DNA of 64,000 nt from Sulfurospirillaceae bacterium. Its GTDB lineage: Bacteria > Campylobacterota > Campylobacteria > Campylobacterales > Sulfurospirillaceae. The DNA lies in assembly GCA_033723415.1 (NCBI GenBank), contig JAWVXD010000001.1, positions 160,001-224,000 of the forward strand. The letters are read 5' to 3'. The notes beneath the pieces were generated by a model. It was not told the origin of the DNA, ran no database searches, and saw only the letters and a list, made by a program, of their open reading frames with translations. Positions 10,778-19,275 of this stretch are shown in pieces (within the stretch, counting starts at the first letter, position 1; each line of letters starts with the position of its first letter). A program made the translations under genes and the position numbers.

Positions 10778-11356
10778 ATGGATAAAAACTCTAATAGGGC
10801 TAGTATGCATTTTTTTAGTATGCTTGATTTTATAGATTTGCAAATCAGTAGACTCGAGGGATTTATTCTGGCTATAGGTATTATACTGATGGCTGTAAAT
10901 ACTGTTGCAGGAGTTGTTAGCAGATATGTATTTAATGATGCTTTAATATTTACAGATGAGCTAAATAGACTTTTTATAGTTATGGTTACTTTTGCAGGTA
11001 TTAGTTATGCCGCAAGACTAGGAAGACATATTAGGATGTCAGCATTTTATGATGTCCTTCCACAAATTTTTAAAAAAATCTTAATGATATTGATGTGTAT
11101 TTTAACTGCCTATGTTATGTTTAGTTTGTCTTATTTCTCGATCTTATATATCTTAGATATACATCATACGGGTCGAATTTTGCCTTCTTTGGGAATACCA
11201 GCTTATATAATTTATTTGTGGGTACCTATAGGATTTTTTGTTACAGGCATACAATATGCCTTGACTGTGATAAAAAATTTCAGATACAAAGAAGTATATC
11301 TGTCTACTGATGTGTTAGACGGATATTGTGATATAGATCCAACTAGTGTGATATAA
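10778..11356 (+). CDS. teaB: TRAP transporter small permease (DctQ/TeaB-like)
   Basis: About four TM segments; FAGISYAARLGRHIRMSAFYD DctQ motif; position in the operon. Confidence 0.85.
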   Translation: MDKNSNRASMHFFSMLDFIDLQISRLEGFILAIGIILMAVNTVAGVVSRYVFNDALIFTDELNRLFIVMVTFAGISYAARLGRHIRMSAFYDVLPQIFKKILMILMCILTAYVMFSLSYFSILYILDIHHTGRILPSLGIPAYIIYLWVPIGFFVTGIQYALTVIKNFRYKEVYLSTDVLDGYCDIDPTSVI

Positions 11357-11362
11357 GGAATA

Positions 11363-12649
11363 ATGATGGGTATAACAATTTTTACTTTGATGGTCGCTTT
11401 ATTGTTACTTGGTTTTCCTATGATGGTTTCTTTATTGGCAGGCTCAATGGTAGGTTTTTATGAGTTGTTTGGCGATTTTCATAGAATGCAATTTATGATA
11501 CAGCAAATGATGGGTGGAATACGACCTGCATCACTTATCGCAGTGCCTATGTTTATATTGGCGGCAGATATCATGACCAGAGGTCATTCAGCAGAGAGAC
11601 TTATAGATTTGGTCATGTCATTTGTCGGACATATAAAGGGTGGTTTAGCAGTAACAACTTCAGCTGCATGTGCGGTATTCGGTGCCGTGTCCGGTTCTAC
11701 ACAAGCAACTGTTGTCGCCGTAGGTTCTCCACTAAGACCGAAATTACAAGAAGGTGGATATAAAGATTCATTTATCTTGGCATTGATCATAAATTCAAGC
11801 GATATTGCATTTTTAATTCCTCCTAGTATCGGTATGATTATTTATGGAGTCGTTTCTAAAACCTCTATACCAGAGCTTTTTATATCTGGAATTGGACCTG
11901 GACTTCTAATTCTCTTAATGTTCTCTGTATACAGTATTGTTTATGCTCGCATAAATAATATTCCGACTCAACCTAGAAGTAGTTGGAAGGACAGAGCACT
12001 TGCATTTTATAAGGCTTTGCTACCACTTGGATTTCCAGTTATTATTATCGGTGGGATTTTTACCGGTATATTTAGTCCAACTGAAGCTGCCGCGATAAGC
12101 GTTGTTTATGCGATTATCTTAGAAATGTTCATATTTAGGACCATGAGCTTAAAACACTTTTATGAAACTGCAAAATCAACAGGTTTGGTAACGGCGATAG
12201 TTTTTATACTTGTTGCTGCAGGTTCCTCTTTTGCCTGGGTTTTATCTTTTGCTCAGATTCCTCAAGCTGTTTTATCTAGCATCGGAATTCAAGATATGAC
12301 ACCGCTTGGTGTACTTGGAGTGATAAACGTAGCCTTTTTTGTAGGTTGTATGTTTGTTGATCCAATAGTGCTTATCTTGATATTGGTACCGATTTTTGCT
12401 CCTGTAGTGAAATCTGCAGGATTAGACCCTGTTTTAGTTGGTACGGTGATAACATTACAAGCTGCTATAGGTTCTGCAACACCTCCTTTCGGTTGTGATA
12501 TATTTACTGCTATTGCTGTTTTTAAAAGACCTTATTTTGAAGTTATCAAAGGTATCCCTCCGTTTACCTTTATGCTTTTGTGTGTTGCTGCACTGGTGAC
12601 ATTTTTCCCTGGAATTGCATTATTCTTGAGAGATGTAGCTTTTAGTTAG
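11363..12649 (+). CDS. teaC: TRAP transporter large permease (DctM/TeaC-like)
   Basis: LIAVPMFILAA, FGAVSGST, LIPPSIGMIIYG, SPTEAAA, SATPPFGCDIF. Confidence 0.88.
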   Translation: MMGITIFTLMVALLLLGFPMMVSLLAGSMVGFYELFGDFHRMQFMIQQMMGGIRPASLIAVPMFILAADIMTRGHSAERLIDLVMSFVGHIKGGLAVTTSAACAVFGAVSGSTQATVVAVGSPLRPKLQEGGYKDSFILALIINSSDIAFLIPPSIGMIIYGVVSKTSIPELFISGIGPGLLILLMFSVYSIVYARINNIPTQPRSSWKDRALAFYKALLPLGFPVIIIGGIFTGIFSPTEAAAISVVYAIILEMFIFRTMSLKHFYETAKSTGLVTAIVFILVAAGSSFAWVLSFAQIPQAVLSSIGIQDMTPLGVLGVINVAFFVGCMFVDPIVLILILVPIFAPVVKSAGLDPVLVGTVITLQAAIGSATPPFGCDIFTAIAVFKRPYFEVIKGIPPFTFMLLCVAALVTFFPGIALFLRDVAFS

Positions 12650-12893
12650 ATATGTTGTAGTCCATAGTGGATTATTTTATCTTGAAGGAGTTTGATAAAG
12701 ACAAAAATTCAAAAATGTAGATTTTTGTTTTAGACATGCGTTAAAGTCATCAACGACTGTATTGTGTCGTCTTTTCAAACTCCTTTTTTATATGCGGACT
12801 GCTAAGTCCGGCATGACGGTCTTGACTTTATAGATTGTTGAATTTTTAACAAATTATAAATTATTTTAAAACAAATTTTACCAAGGAGATAAA

Positions 12894-14051
12894 ATGATTC
12901 CAAGATATATGTCTGCCATGTGTCTCATCGGACATGGCGGTGTAGAAAAATTGCTCTATCGAGAGGACGTTCGTATTCGAGAACTAAATCCTCACGAGCT
13001 ACTAGTAAAAGTTACGGCGACTGCAAAAAACAACACTGACAGAAAGGTGAGAGAAGGATTGTACCCGACAAAAGACAATAATGACGTTGCATCGTTTGAT
13101 ATGGGCGGAACATCTTCTTTGCAGTTTCCGAGAATTCAAGGAGCAGACGTAGTCGGTAATATAGTTGCAGTAGGCTCTGATATAGATTCAAGAAAAATAG
13201 GTGAAAGAGGTCTTTTAGATTTTAATATATATGCAACCGACAGTGAAGATATCAATTTGGCTCCGGATTATTACGGACATGGTGCAGATGGAGGTTATGC
13301 CGAGTACATAATAGTTCCTAGTAGTCAGTTTTATTTAATTAAAAATCCAGAACTTGCAGATGCAGAGTTGGCCTCTATGGGTATGTGCTCATATCAGACT
13401 GCATTACATATGCTTAATATCGCCGGTGTAAAATCAGGAGAAAAAGTTTTAGTAACAGGTGCAAGCGGCGGAGTCGGTACTGCACTGATACAGCTATGTA
13501 AAATCATCGGAGCAATTCCTTATGCTTTAAGTTCTTTAGATAAAGAAGAGATGCTTTTATCTTTGGGAGCTCAAAAAGTAATCGATAGATCAAAAATCGA
13601 GGATGTCGCGCAAAATATACTTAAAGCAACAAATGGGGAAAATATAGATGCCGTTATGGATTTACTGGGAGGTGAGTATACTAGTAGGCTTATAGATACT
13701 ATGATCGTAGACATGAATAAAAGAGATACTTACCCTAGATTGTCTATTGCCGGTGCAAGCGGCGGTAACGTGAGTGAGATCTTATGGACCAAGATATATC
13801 TTTATCAAGTGCAGATATTCGGCGTCTCCCACGGAACTAGGGTAGAGGCTAAGCAGTTGATAAGATGGATACAAGACAAAAAGTTGATACCTGTTTTACA
13901 CGGCACTTTTAAATTATCAGATTTACATAAAGCTGAAGAGTATTTTGTTTCAAGAGATAACAATTTCTTGGGAAAAATCGTGATTGTGCCAGATTCTGAA
14001 TGGAATAGGCATGGCGAAAAATTTAAAGTGAGAAAATTCTATGAAAACTAA
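12894..14051 (+). CDS. MDR-superfamily NAD(P)-dependent oxidoreductase, zinc-less (quinone/enoyl reductase-like)
   Basis: GroES-like N-domain (VKVTATAKNNTD, QGADVVG instead of GHE), Rossmann VLVTGASGGVG, C-terminal GKIVI; SD AAGGAG. Confidence 0.85.
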   Translation: MIPRYMSAMCLIGHGGVEKLLYREDVRIRELNPHELLVKVTATAKNNTDRKVREGLYPTKDNNDVASFDMGGTSSLQFPRIQGADVVGNIVAVGSDIDSRKIGERGLLDFNIYATDSEDINLAPDYYGHGADGGYAEYIIVPSSQFYLIKNPELADAELASMGMCSYQTALHMLNIAGVKSGEKVLVTGASGGVGTALIQLCKIIGAIPYALSSLDKEEMLLSLGAQKVIDRSKIEDVAQNILKATNGENIDAVMDLLGGEYTSRLIDTMIVDMNKRDTYPRLSIAGASGGNVSEILWTKIYLYQVQIFGVSHGTRVEAKQLIRWIQDKKLIPVLHGTFKLSDLHKAEEYFVSRDNNFLGKIVIVPDSEWNRHGEKFKVRKFYEN

Positions 14052-15069
14052 GCATGTTATACAAATCATCGATACGCATGCCGGAGGCGATGTCAGCAGA
14101 ATCGTAATAGGAGGAATAAAGGATATACCAGCAGACACAGTCAGAGGGAAGATGGAATATTTGTCTCAATACGCGGATGGTTTAAGGGTAGCTTTGCTAA
14201 GTGAACCTTATGGCATACCCGAAATGTCTGTAGATTTGATTGTCCCTCCTAGCAATAAAGAGGCTAAGGCAGGTTATATCATTATGGAGGAGATGGGTTA
14301 TCCGATATATTCCGGTTCAAATACGATTTGTACGGCTACTGCCTTATTGGAGAGTGGTCTAGTGGAAAAAAAGGAAGGATTTAACTATTTTAAATTAGAA
14401 TCTCCCGCTAGTTTGGTAGAGATAGAAGCTTTTGTAAAAGATGGAATTGTAGAGTCTGTTACATGTGAAGGATTACCTAGCTATATAGCCGAATACAAAA
14501 ATAAAATATATGTTCCAAATTATGGAGAAGTAACATATTCAATCGCTTATAGCGGCGGATATTATGCTCTTGTTGATGCAAAAGAACTTGGTTTTAATCT
14601 TGTCAAAGATGAAGAAAATGCACTTCGTCAGTGTGCGTATGCAATCGTAGAGGAAATAAATAAAACTAAAATATACAATCATTATGATTTAGGATTTGTC
14701 GGGAAGTTGCCGTTTTTGCATTTTATGGGAGAAGTTGAGAAAATAATCGAAGGAGAATACAGATCAAGGTCTACTACATACGTTCATCCTGGAGTTATAT
14801 GCCGAAGCACTACCGGCACAGGTACTTCGGCAAGATTGGCTTTTTTGAACTATGAGGGGAAAATCAAAGAAGGAGACAAGCTAGAAACTGTTTCTTTGAG
14901 AAATACTAAGTTTGTCGGAGAGTTTTGTTTTGTTGAAAAGAAATTTGGTTTTGATATCGTTAAAAATAAAATATTCGGTAGAAGCTATATCTTAGCAAAA
15001 TCAGATATTTTTATTGATTTAACTGATCCTATTCTAAATTGTGACACGATCTCAATGATTACTTATTAA
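14041..15069 (+). CDS. Proline racemase family protein with Ser/Thr catalytic dyad (probable dehydratase/epimerase)
   Basis: IDTHAGGDVSRIV, LLSEPYG, PIYSGSNTIC, YSGGYY, CRSTTGTGTSARL; overlaps the MDR stop. Confidence 0.88.
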   Translation: MKTKHVIQIIDTHAGGDVSRIVIGGIKDIPADTVRGKMEYLSQYADGLRVALLSEPYGIPEMSVDLIVPPSNKEAKAGYIIMEEMGYPIYSGSNTICTATALLESGLVEKKEGFNYFKLESPASLVEIEAFVKDGIVESVTCEGLPSYIAEYKNKIYVPNYGEVTYSIAYSGGYYALVDAKELGFNLVKDEENALRQCAYAIVEEINKTKIYNHYDLGFVGKLPFLHFMGEVEKIIEGEYRSRSTTYVHPGVICRSTTGTGTSARLAFLNYEGKIKEGDKLETVSLRNTKFVGEFCFVEKKFGFDIVKNKIFGRSYILAKSDIFIDLTDPILNCDTISMITY

Positions 15070-15081
15070 GCAAAAAAACTA

Positions 15082-15112
15082 TTGACAAAGTCTATGAAAA
15101 AACGATAGACTT
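15082..15112 (+). promoter_or_regulatory. sigma70-type promoter overlapped by an 8-bp palindrome
   Basis: TTGACA (15082-15087), 18 nt, TAGACT (15106-15111); AAGTCTAT-N9-ATAGACTT (15088-15112). Confidence 0.55.
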
Positions 15113-15140
15113 ATTTATCTTTTTCGAAAGGAGCTGTACC

Positions 15141-15299
15141 ATGTATTTCAAAGTATCTCTTGTTAATTTTGTTTACGTCAGTATAGCAGTTTTGAAAAAT
15201 TTTATATATCCTTCAATCAGTTATAAAATTATAAAGCCGATTGATAGAATCTTCGCCCAATACAAAGCTTTAGCCATCAAGCCCAGACAAACTCACTAA
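15141..15299 (+). CDS. Unannotated 52-aa small ORF / putative leader peptide
   Basis: AAAGGAG at 15127-15133, ATG at 15141: MYFKVSLVNFVYVSIAVLKNFIYPSISYKIIKPIDRIFAQYKALAIKPRQTH*. Below the ORF-track cut-off. Confidence 0.5.
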   Translation: MYFKVSLVNFVYVSIAVLKNFIYPSISYKIIKPIDRIFAQYKALAIKPRQTH

Positions 15300-15420
15300 A
15301 TTTAAATATTCTTCACAAACAATCTAAATTGTTCATATGCTATGCATATTATGAATTATTTAAGCTAGTGAGTACTTAAACAAATATTTTAAAACACTAT
15401 ATATTTAAGTTAAGGAGAAA

Positions 15421-16662
15421 ATGATGGCAAACGAGATGGAATTATTTGAAAAGTATGAATCAGAAATAAGAGCTTACTGTAGAGCAGTGCCTACGGTTTT
15501 TAAATCATCGCAAAACGCAATAATGATAGATGAAAACAATAAAGAGTATGTGGATTTTTTTGCTGGGGCAGGAGTATTAAATTTCGGCCACAACAATCCA
15601 AAGATGAAAACTGCAATCATAGATTTTATAAATAGAAATGGCGTAGCACATAGTTTAGATATGTTTACCGATGTCAAAAGAGATTTTATAAAAACTTTTG
15701 TTGATACAATTCTTAAACCGAGAAACATGGAGTATAAACTACAATTTACCGGTCCTACAGGCACAAATGCCGTAGAAGCTGCACTTAAATTGGCGAGAAG
15801 AACAACAGGCAGAGTCAATGTAGTGGCTTTCAACAGAGGATTTCACGGTATGACTTTGGGTGCGCTTGCATGTACCGCGAATCAAGCTTTTAGGGGAGCA
15901 TCCGGAGTTCCTTTAAATAATGTTATTAGAGATACGTTTAATGACATGCAAGCATTGAGCAACCTGAGGCAAAAATTTGAAGACAGGGGTTCTGGACTTA
16001 TGCCGCCGGCTGCTTTTTTAGTTGAATCAGTTCAAGCCGAGGGTGGTGTGAGAGTAGGGCAGAAAGAATGGCTTCAAGGTGTTCAAAAACTTGCAAAAGA
16101 CTTAGGATCACTTTTTATAATAGATGATATTCAAGCAGGAAGCGGAAGATGTGGAACCTACTTTAGTTTTGAAGATCTGGATTTAGATCCAGATATTATA
16201 GTTCTTGCAAAAGGATTGGGTGGATTTGGTACGCCGATAGGTATGCTTTTGAATAAACCCAATATTGATTCCAATTGGAAACCGGGTGAACATACCGGCA
16301 CATTCAGAGGACAAGGTATCTCTTTTGTTGCAGGTAAAATAGGAGTTGAGTACTTTAAGAACAATGATCTTTTAGATGGAGTGAAAGAAAAAGGGAGCTA
16401 TATTAGGAGTAGATTAGATGCACTTCAAGAAATACATAAAGATTTAAAAATAAGACAAAAAGGCATGATGCTGGCACTAGAATTTTCAAATGCACAAATC
16501 GCCAAAGAGGTTGCAACGAAATGTTTTGAAAGAGGACTTATTATAGGTGCTTGCAGTACCGGTGAAATTCTTAAGTTTATTCCTCCATTGACTATAGAGA
16601 AAGATGTTCTTCAAAAAGGCATGGATACTTTTGTTGATGTCTGTTTAGAAGTTCTGGGTTAA
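15421..16662 (+). CDS. Class III PLP aminotransferase, EctB-like diaminobutyrate transaminase (probably catabolic, DoeD role)
   Basis: FEKYESEIRAYCR, DFFAGAGVLNFGHN, QFTGPTGTNAVEAALKLAR, FHGMTLG, IDDIQAG, LAKG, PGEHTGTFRG. Confidence 0.85.
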   Translation: MMANEMELFEKYESEIRAYCRAVPTVFKSSQNAIMIDENNKEYVDFFAGAGVLNFGHNNPKMKTAIIDFINRNGVAHSLDMFTDVKRDFIKTFVDTILKPRNMEYKLQFTGPTGTNAVEAALKLARRTTGRVNVVAFNRGFHGMTLGALACTANQAFRGASGVPLNNVIRDTFNDMQALSNLRQKFEDRGSGLMPPAAFLVESVQAEGGVRVGQKEWLQGVQKLAKDLGSLFIIDDIQAGSGRCGTYFSFEDLDLDPDIIVLAKGLGGFGTPIGMLLNKPNIDSNWKPGEHTGTFRGQGISFVAGKIGVEYFKNNDLLDGVKEKGSYIRSRLDALQEIHKDLKIRQKGMMLALEFSNAQIAKEVATKCFERGLIIGACSTGEILKFIPPLTIEKDVLQKGMDTFVDVCLEVLG

Positions 16663-16672
16663 GGGGGTTGGT

Positions 16673-18064
16673 ATGTCATATAGTAAAACATCATTTGTAT
16701 CTATAAATCCAACTACAGAAGAAATCGTTTGTGAAGTACCAATGGATACTAAGCAGGAGGTTCAGGCAAAACTAGAGCTTTCTTTAAAAACTTATAACGA
16801 ATATTGGAAAGACACCACATTTGAGCAAAGAGCTGATATTTTAAATAAAGTCGCAGCAGAGATGAGAGCCAATTTAGATGAATATGCAATTCCTATGACT
16901 TTGGAGATGGGAAAGCCTATAAAAGAGGCAAGAGCTGAGGTAGAAAAATCAGCGTGGTGTGCAGAGCATTATGCAAAATATGCGAAAAGCTATTTAAAAC
17001 AAGACAATATAGAGTCGGATGCAACTTTAAGTTACGTCCAATATCTTCCTCTGGGTCCGACTCTAGGGATATTGCCTTGGAATGCACCTTTTTGGCTTGC
17101 GTTTAGATATATTGCTCCTGCACTCATGGCAGGCAATACATGTGTCATGAAACATGACTCTCACACGCCAAAATGCGCAGAAGTTATCGTTCAAGCATTT
17201 ACCAAAGCAGGCGCCCATGAAGGGATATTACAAAATTTGACTATCGCCAGTTCTGATGTAGAATCAGTCATGAGACATCCGATAATCACTGCTATATCAT
17301 TTACAGGTTCTGTCGGTACAGGGTCAAAAATAGGTGCGATTGCCGGTTCTGAGATAAAACCTTGTGTTCTAGAACTTGGCGGTTCAGATCCTGCTATAGT
17401 GCTAAGTGATGCGGATTTGGAATCGGCTGCTGATATTATATCCTTGTCTCGTATGATAAATGCAGGACAGTCATGTATAGCAGCGAAAAGAATCATCGTT
17501 GAGGAACCAATCTATGATGAATTTATTGAAATGCTTAAAGTAAGATTTGAAAGATTAAAAATGGGTGATCCGATGGATGAATCCACTGATATCGGTCCTA
17601 TTGCTAGAAAAGAGTTAGTCCATGAGATGCATCAACAAGTAAAAAGATCCATAGATGCCGGCGCAAAGTTGGTGCTTGGAGGCAAAGAGTACACGGGCAA
17701 AGGATATTTTTATCCGGCTACACTCTTAGTTGATGTCAATCCTGGTATGGTGGTTAGTTGTCAAGAGACTTTTGGGCCTATAGGTGTGGTTATCAAAGCA
17801 AAAAATGCCGAAGAAGCTTTAAAGATTGCCAACGATACGGAGTTTGGGCTTGGAGCTTCAGTTTGGACTGATGTTAAAAGAGGCGAAGAGATAGCAAGAA
17901 AAATAGTATCTGGACAAGTTTCGGTTAACGGTATAGTGAAAACAGATCCTAGATTACCTAGTGGCGGTGTTAAAAAATCGGGCTTAGGTAGAGAATTGGG
18001 TCCTCATGGAATCAAAATGTTCGTAAATGCTCAACAAATTTGGATCGGTCCTAAAAAGGGCTAG
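16673..18064 (+). CDS. NAD(P)-dependent semialdehyde dehydrogenase (GabD/Sad-like; DoeC role)
   Basis: ILPWNAP, FTGS, LELGGSDP, AGQSCIA, ETFGP, GGVKKSGLGRE. The role is inferred from context. Confidence 0.85.
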   Translation: MSYSKTSFVSINPTTEEIVCEVPMDTKQEVQAKLELSLKTYNEYWKDTTFEQRADILNKVAAEMRANLDEYAIPMTLEMGKPIKEARAEVEKSAWCAEHYAKYAKSYLKQDNIESDATLSYVQYLPLGPTLGILPWNAPFWLAFRYIAPALMAGNTCVMKHDSHTPKCAEVIVQAFTKAGAHEGILQNLTIASSDVESVMRHPIITAISFTGSVGTGSKIGAIAGSEIKPCVLELGGSDPAIVLSDADLESAADIISLSRMINAGQSCIAAKRIIVEEPIYDEFIEMLKVRFERLKMGDPMDESTDIGPIARKELVHEMHQQVKRSIDAGAKLVLGGKEYTGKGYFYPATLLVDVNPGMVVSCQETFGPIGVVIKAKNAEEALKIANDTEFGLGASVWTDVKRGEEIARKIVSGQVSVNGIVKTDPRLPSGGVKKSGLGRELGPHGIKMFVNAQQIWIGPKKG

Positions 18065-18087
18065 TTTTTTTAAGGAGAAAACAAAAG

Positions 18088-19266
18088 ATGAAACTAGCTT
18101 TTTCAAAGAAAGAGTATATATCAAGAGTTAAAAGAGTTCAGCGCTTAATGAAAAAAAGGGATATTGACATACTTGTTTCCACAGATCCAGGAAATATGAA
18201 CTGGTTGACCGGCTATGACGGCTGGTCTTTTTATGTTCATCAGGGTGTTATTGTCTCTGTTAATGATGATGAACCTATTTGGTTTGGAAGAGACATGGAC
18301 AGAAGCGCTGCACTTTTAAAGTGTTATATGCAAGAAGACAATATGATTGCATATCCGGAAGAATATGTTCAGAATGTTGACAAGCATCCTATGGAATGGA
18401 TCGCAAAAAATATTTTTTACAAAAAAGGATGGCAAAAAGTTGTAATAGCCACTGAGATGGATACATATTATTACACTGCCGCTGCCCATCTAACCCTTGT
18501 TTCAAATCTTTGGAAAGCCAGATTTGTAGATAGTCAGAATTTAGTAAATTGGGCCAGAGGCATAAAATCTGATAAAGAGATTGAGTATATGAAGATCGCC
18601 GGAAAAATAACATCTAAAATCCATCAAAGGATATTAGATGTTGCCAGAGTCGGTATTCCAAAACATTTTGTTGTCTCCCAGATATATGAAACAGCTATTG
18701 CAGGAGTAGATGGTCTAAGTGGAGATTATCCGTCAATCGTGCCTTTACTACCTTCAGGGAAAGAGGCATCAGCATCTCATATTACATGGGATGAGAGATC
18801 TTTTAAAGCTCATGAAGGAACATTTTTTGAGATGTCAGGATGCTACAAAAGATACCATGCTCCAATGGCTAGAACGATTTTTATGGGTAAACCTGACCAA
18901 AAATTTGTAAATGCAGAAAAAGCAGTGTTAGAGGCTATAGATGCAGGGCTAGAACAGGCAAAACCCGGAAATAGGACGTGTGATATCGCCAATGCTGTGG
19001 ATAAAATCATGACAAAATATGGTATAGATAGACACGGGGCTAGATGCGGGTATCCAATAGGCGTTAGTTATCCTCCTGATTGGGGAGAGAGAACTTGCAG
19101 TTTAAGATCTTCTGATTATACTGTTTTAAAACCAGGTATGACATTCCACTTTATGCCTGGAATTTGGCAAGATGATTGGGGTATTGAGATAACAGAGAGT
19201 ATTTTGATAACAAAAGACGGAGTTGAAACTCTATGTGATTTCCCCAGAAAACTTTTTGTAAAATAA
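18088..19266 (+). CDS. doeA: Ectoine hydrolase (M24 family, DoeA/EutD)
   Basis: DPGNMNWLTGYDGWSFYVHQ, GDYPSIVPLLPSG, SYPPDWGERT, MTFHFMPG, characteristic of EutD/DoeA. Confidence 0.92.
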   Translation: MKLAFSKKEYISRVKRVQRLMKKRDIDILVSTDPGNMNWLTGYDGWSFYVHQGVIVSVNDDEPIWFGRDMDRSAALLKCYMQEDNMIAYPEEYVQNVDKHPMEWIAKNIFYKKGWQKVVIATEMDTYYYTAAAHLTLVSNLWKARFVDSQNLVNWARGIKSDKEIEYMKIAGKITSKIHQRILDVARVGIPKHFVVSQIYETAIAGVDGLSGDYPSIVPLLPSGKEASASHITWDERSFKAHEGTFFEMSGCYKRYHAPMARTIFMGKPDQKFVNAEKAVLEAIDAGLEQAKPGNRTCDIANAVDKIMTKYGIDRHGARCGYPIGVSYPPDWGERTCSLRSSDYTVLKPGMTFHFMPGIWQDDWGIEITESILITKDGVETLCDFPRKLFVK

Positions 19267-19275
19267 GGAGTGTAT

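Noticed and set aside
12685..12733. 13-codon ORF (TTG 12692) after AAGGAG
   Set aside because: SD-to-start spacing is about 1 nt, and the AAGGAG is explained as a stem arm.
15421..16662. Ectoine biosynthesis operon (ectABC)
   Set aside because: No ectA or ectC is present; the neighbours are uptake and degradation genes.
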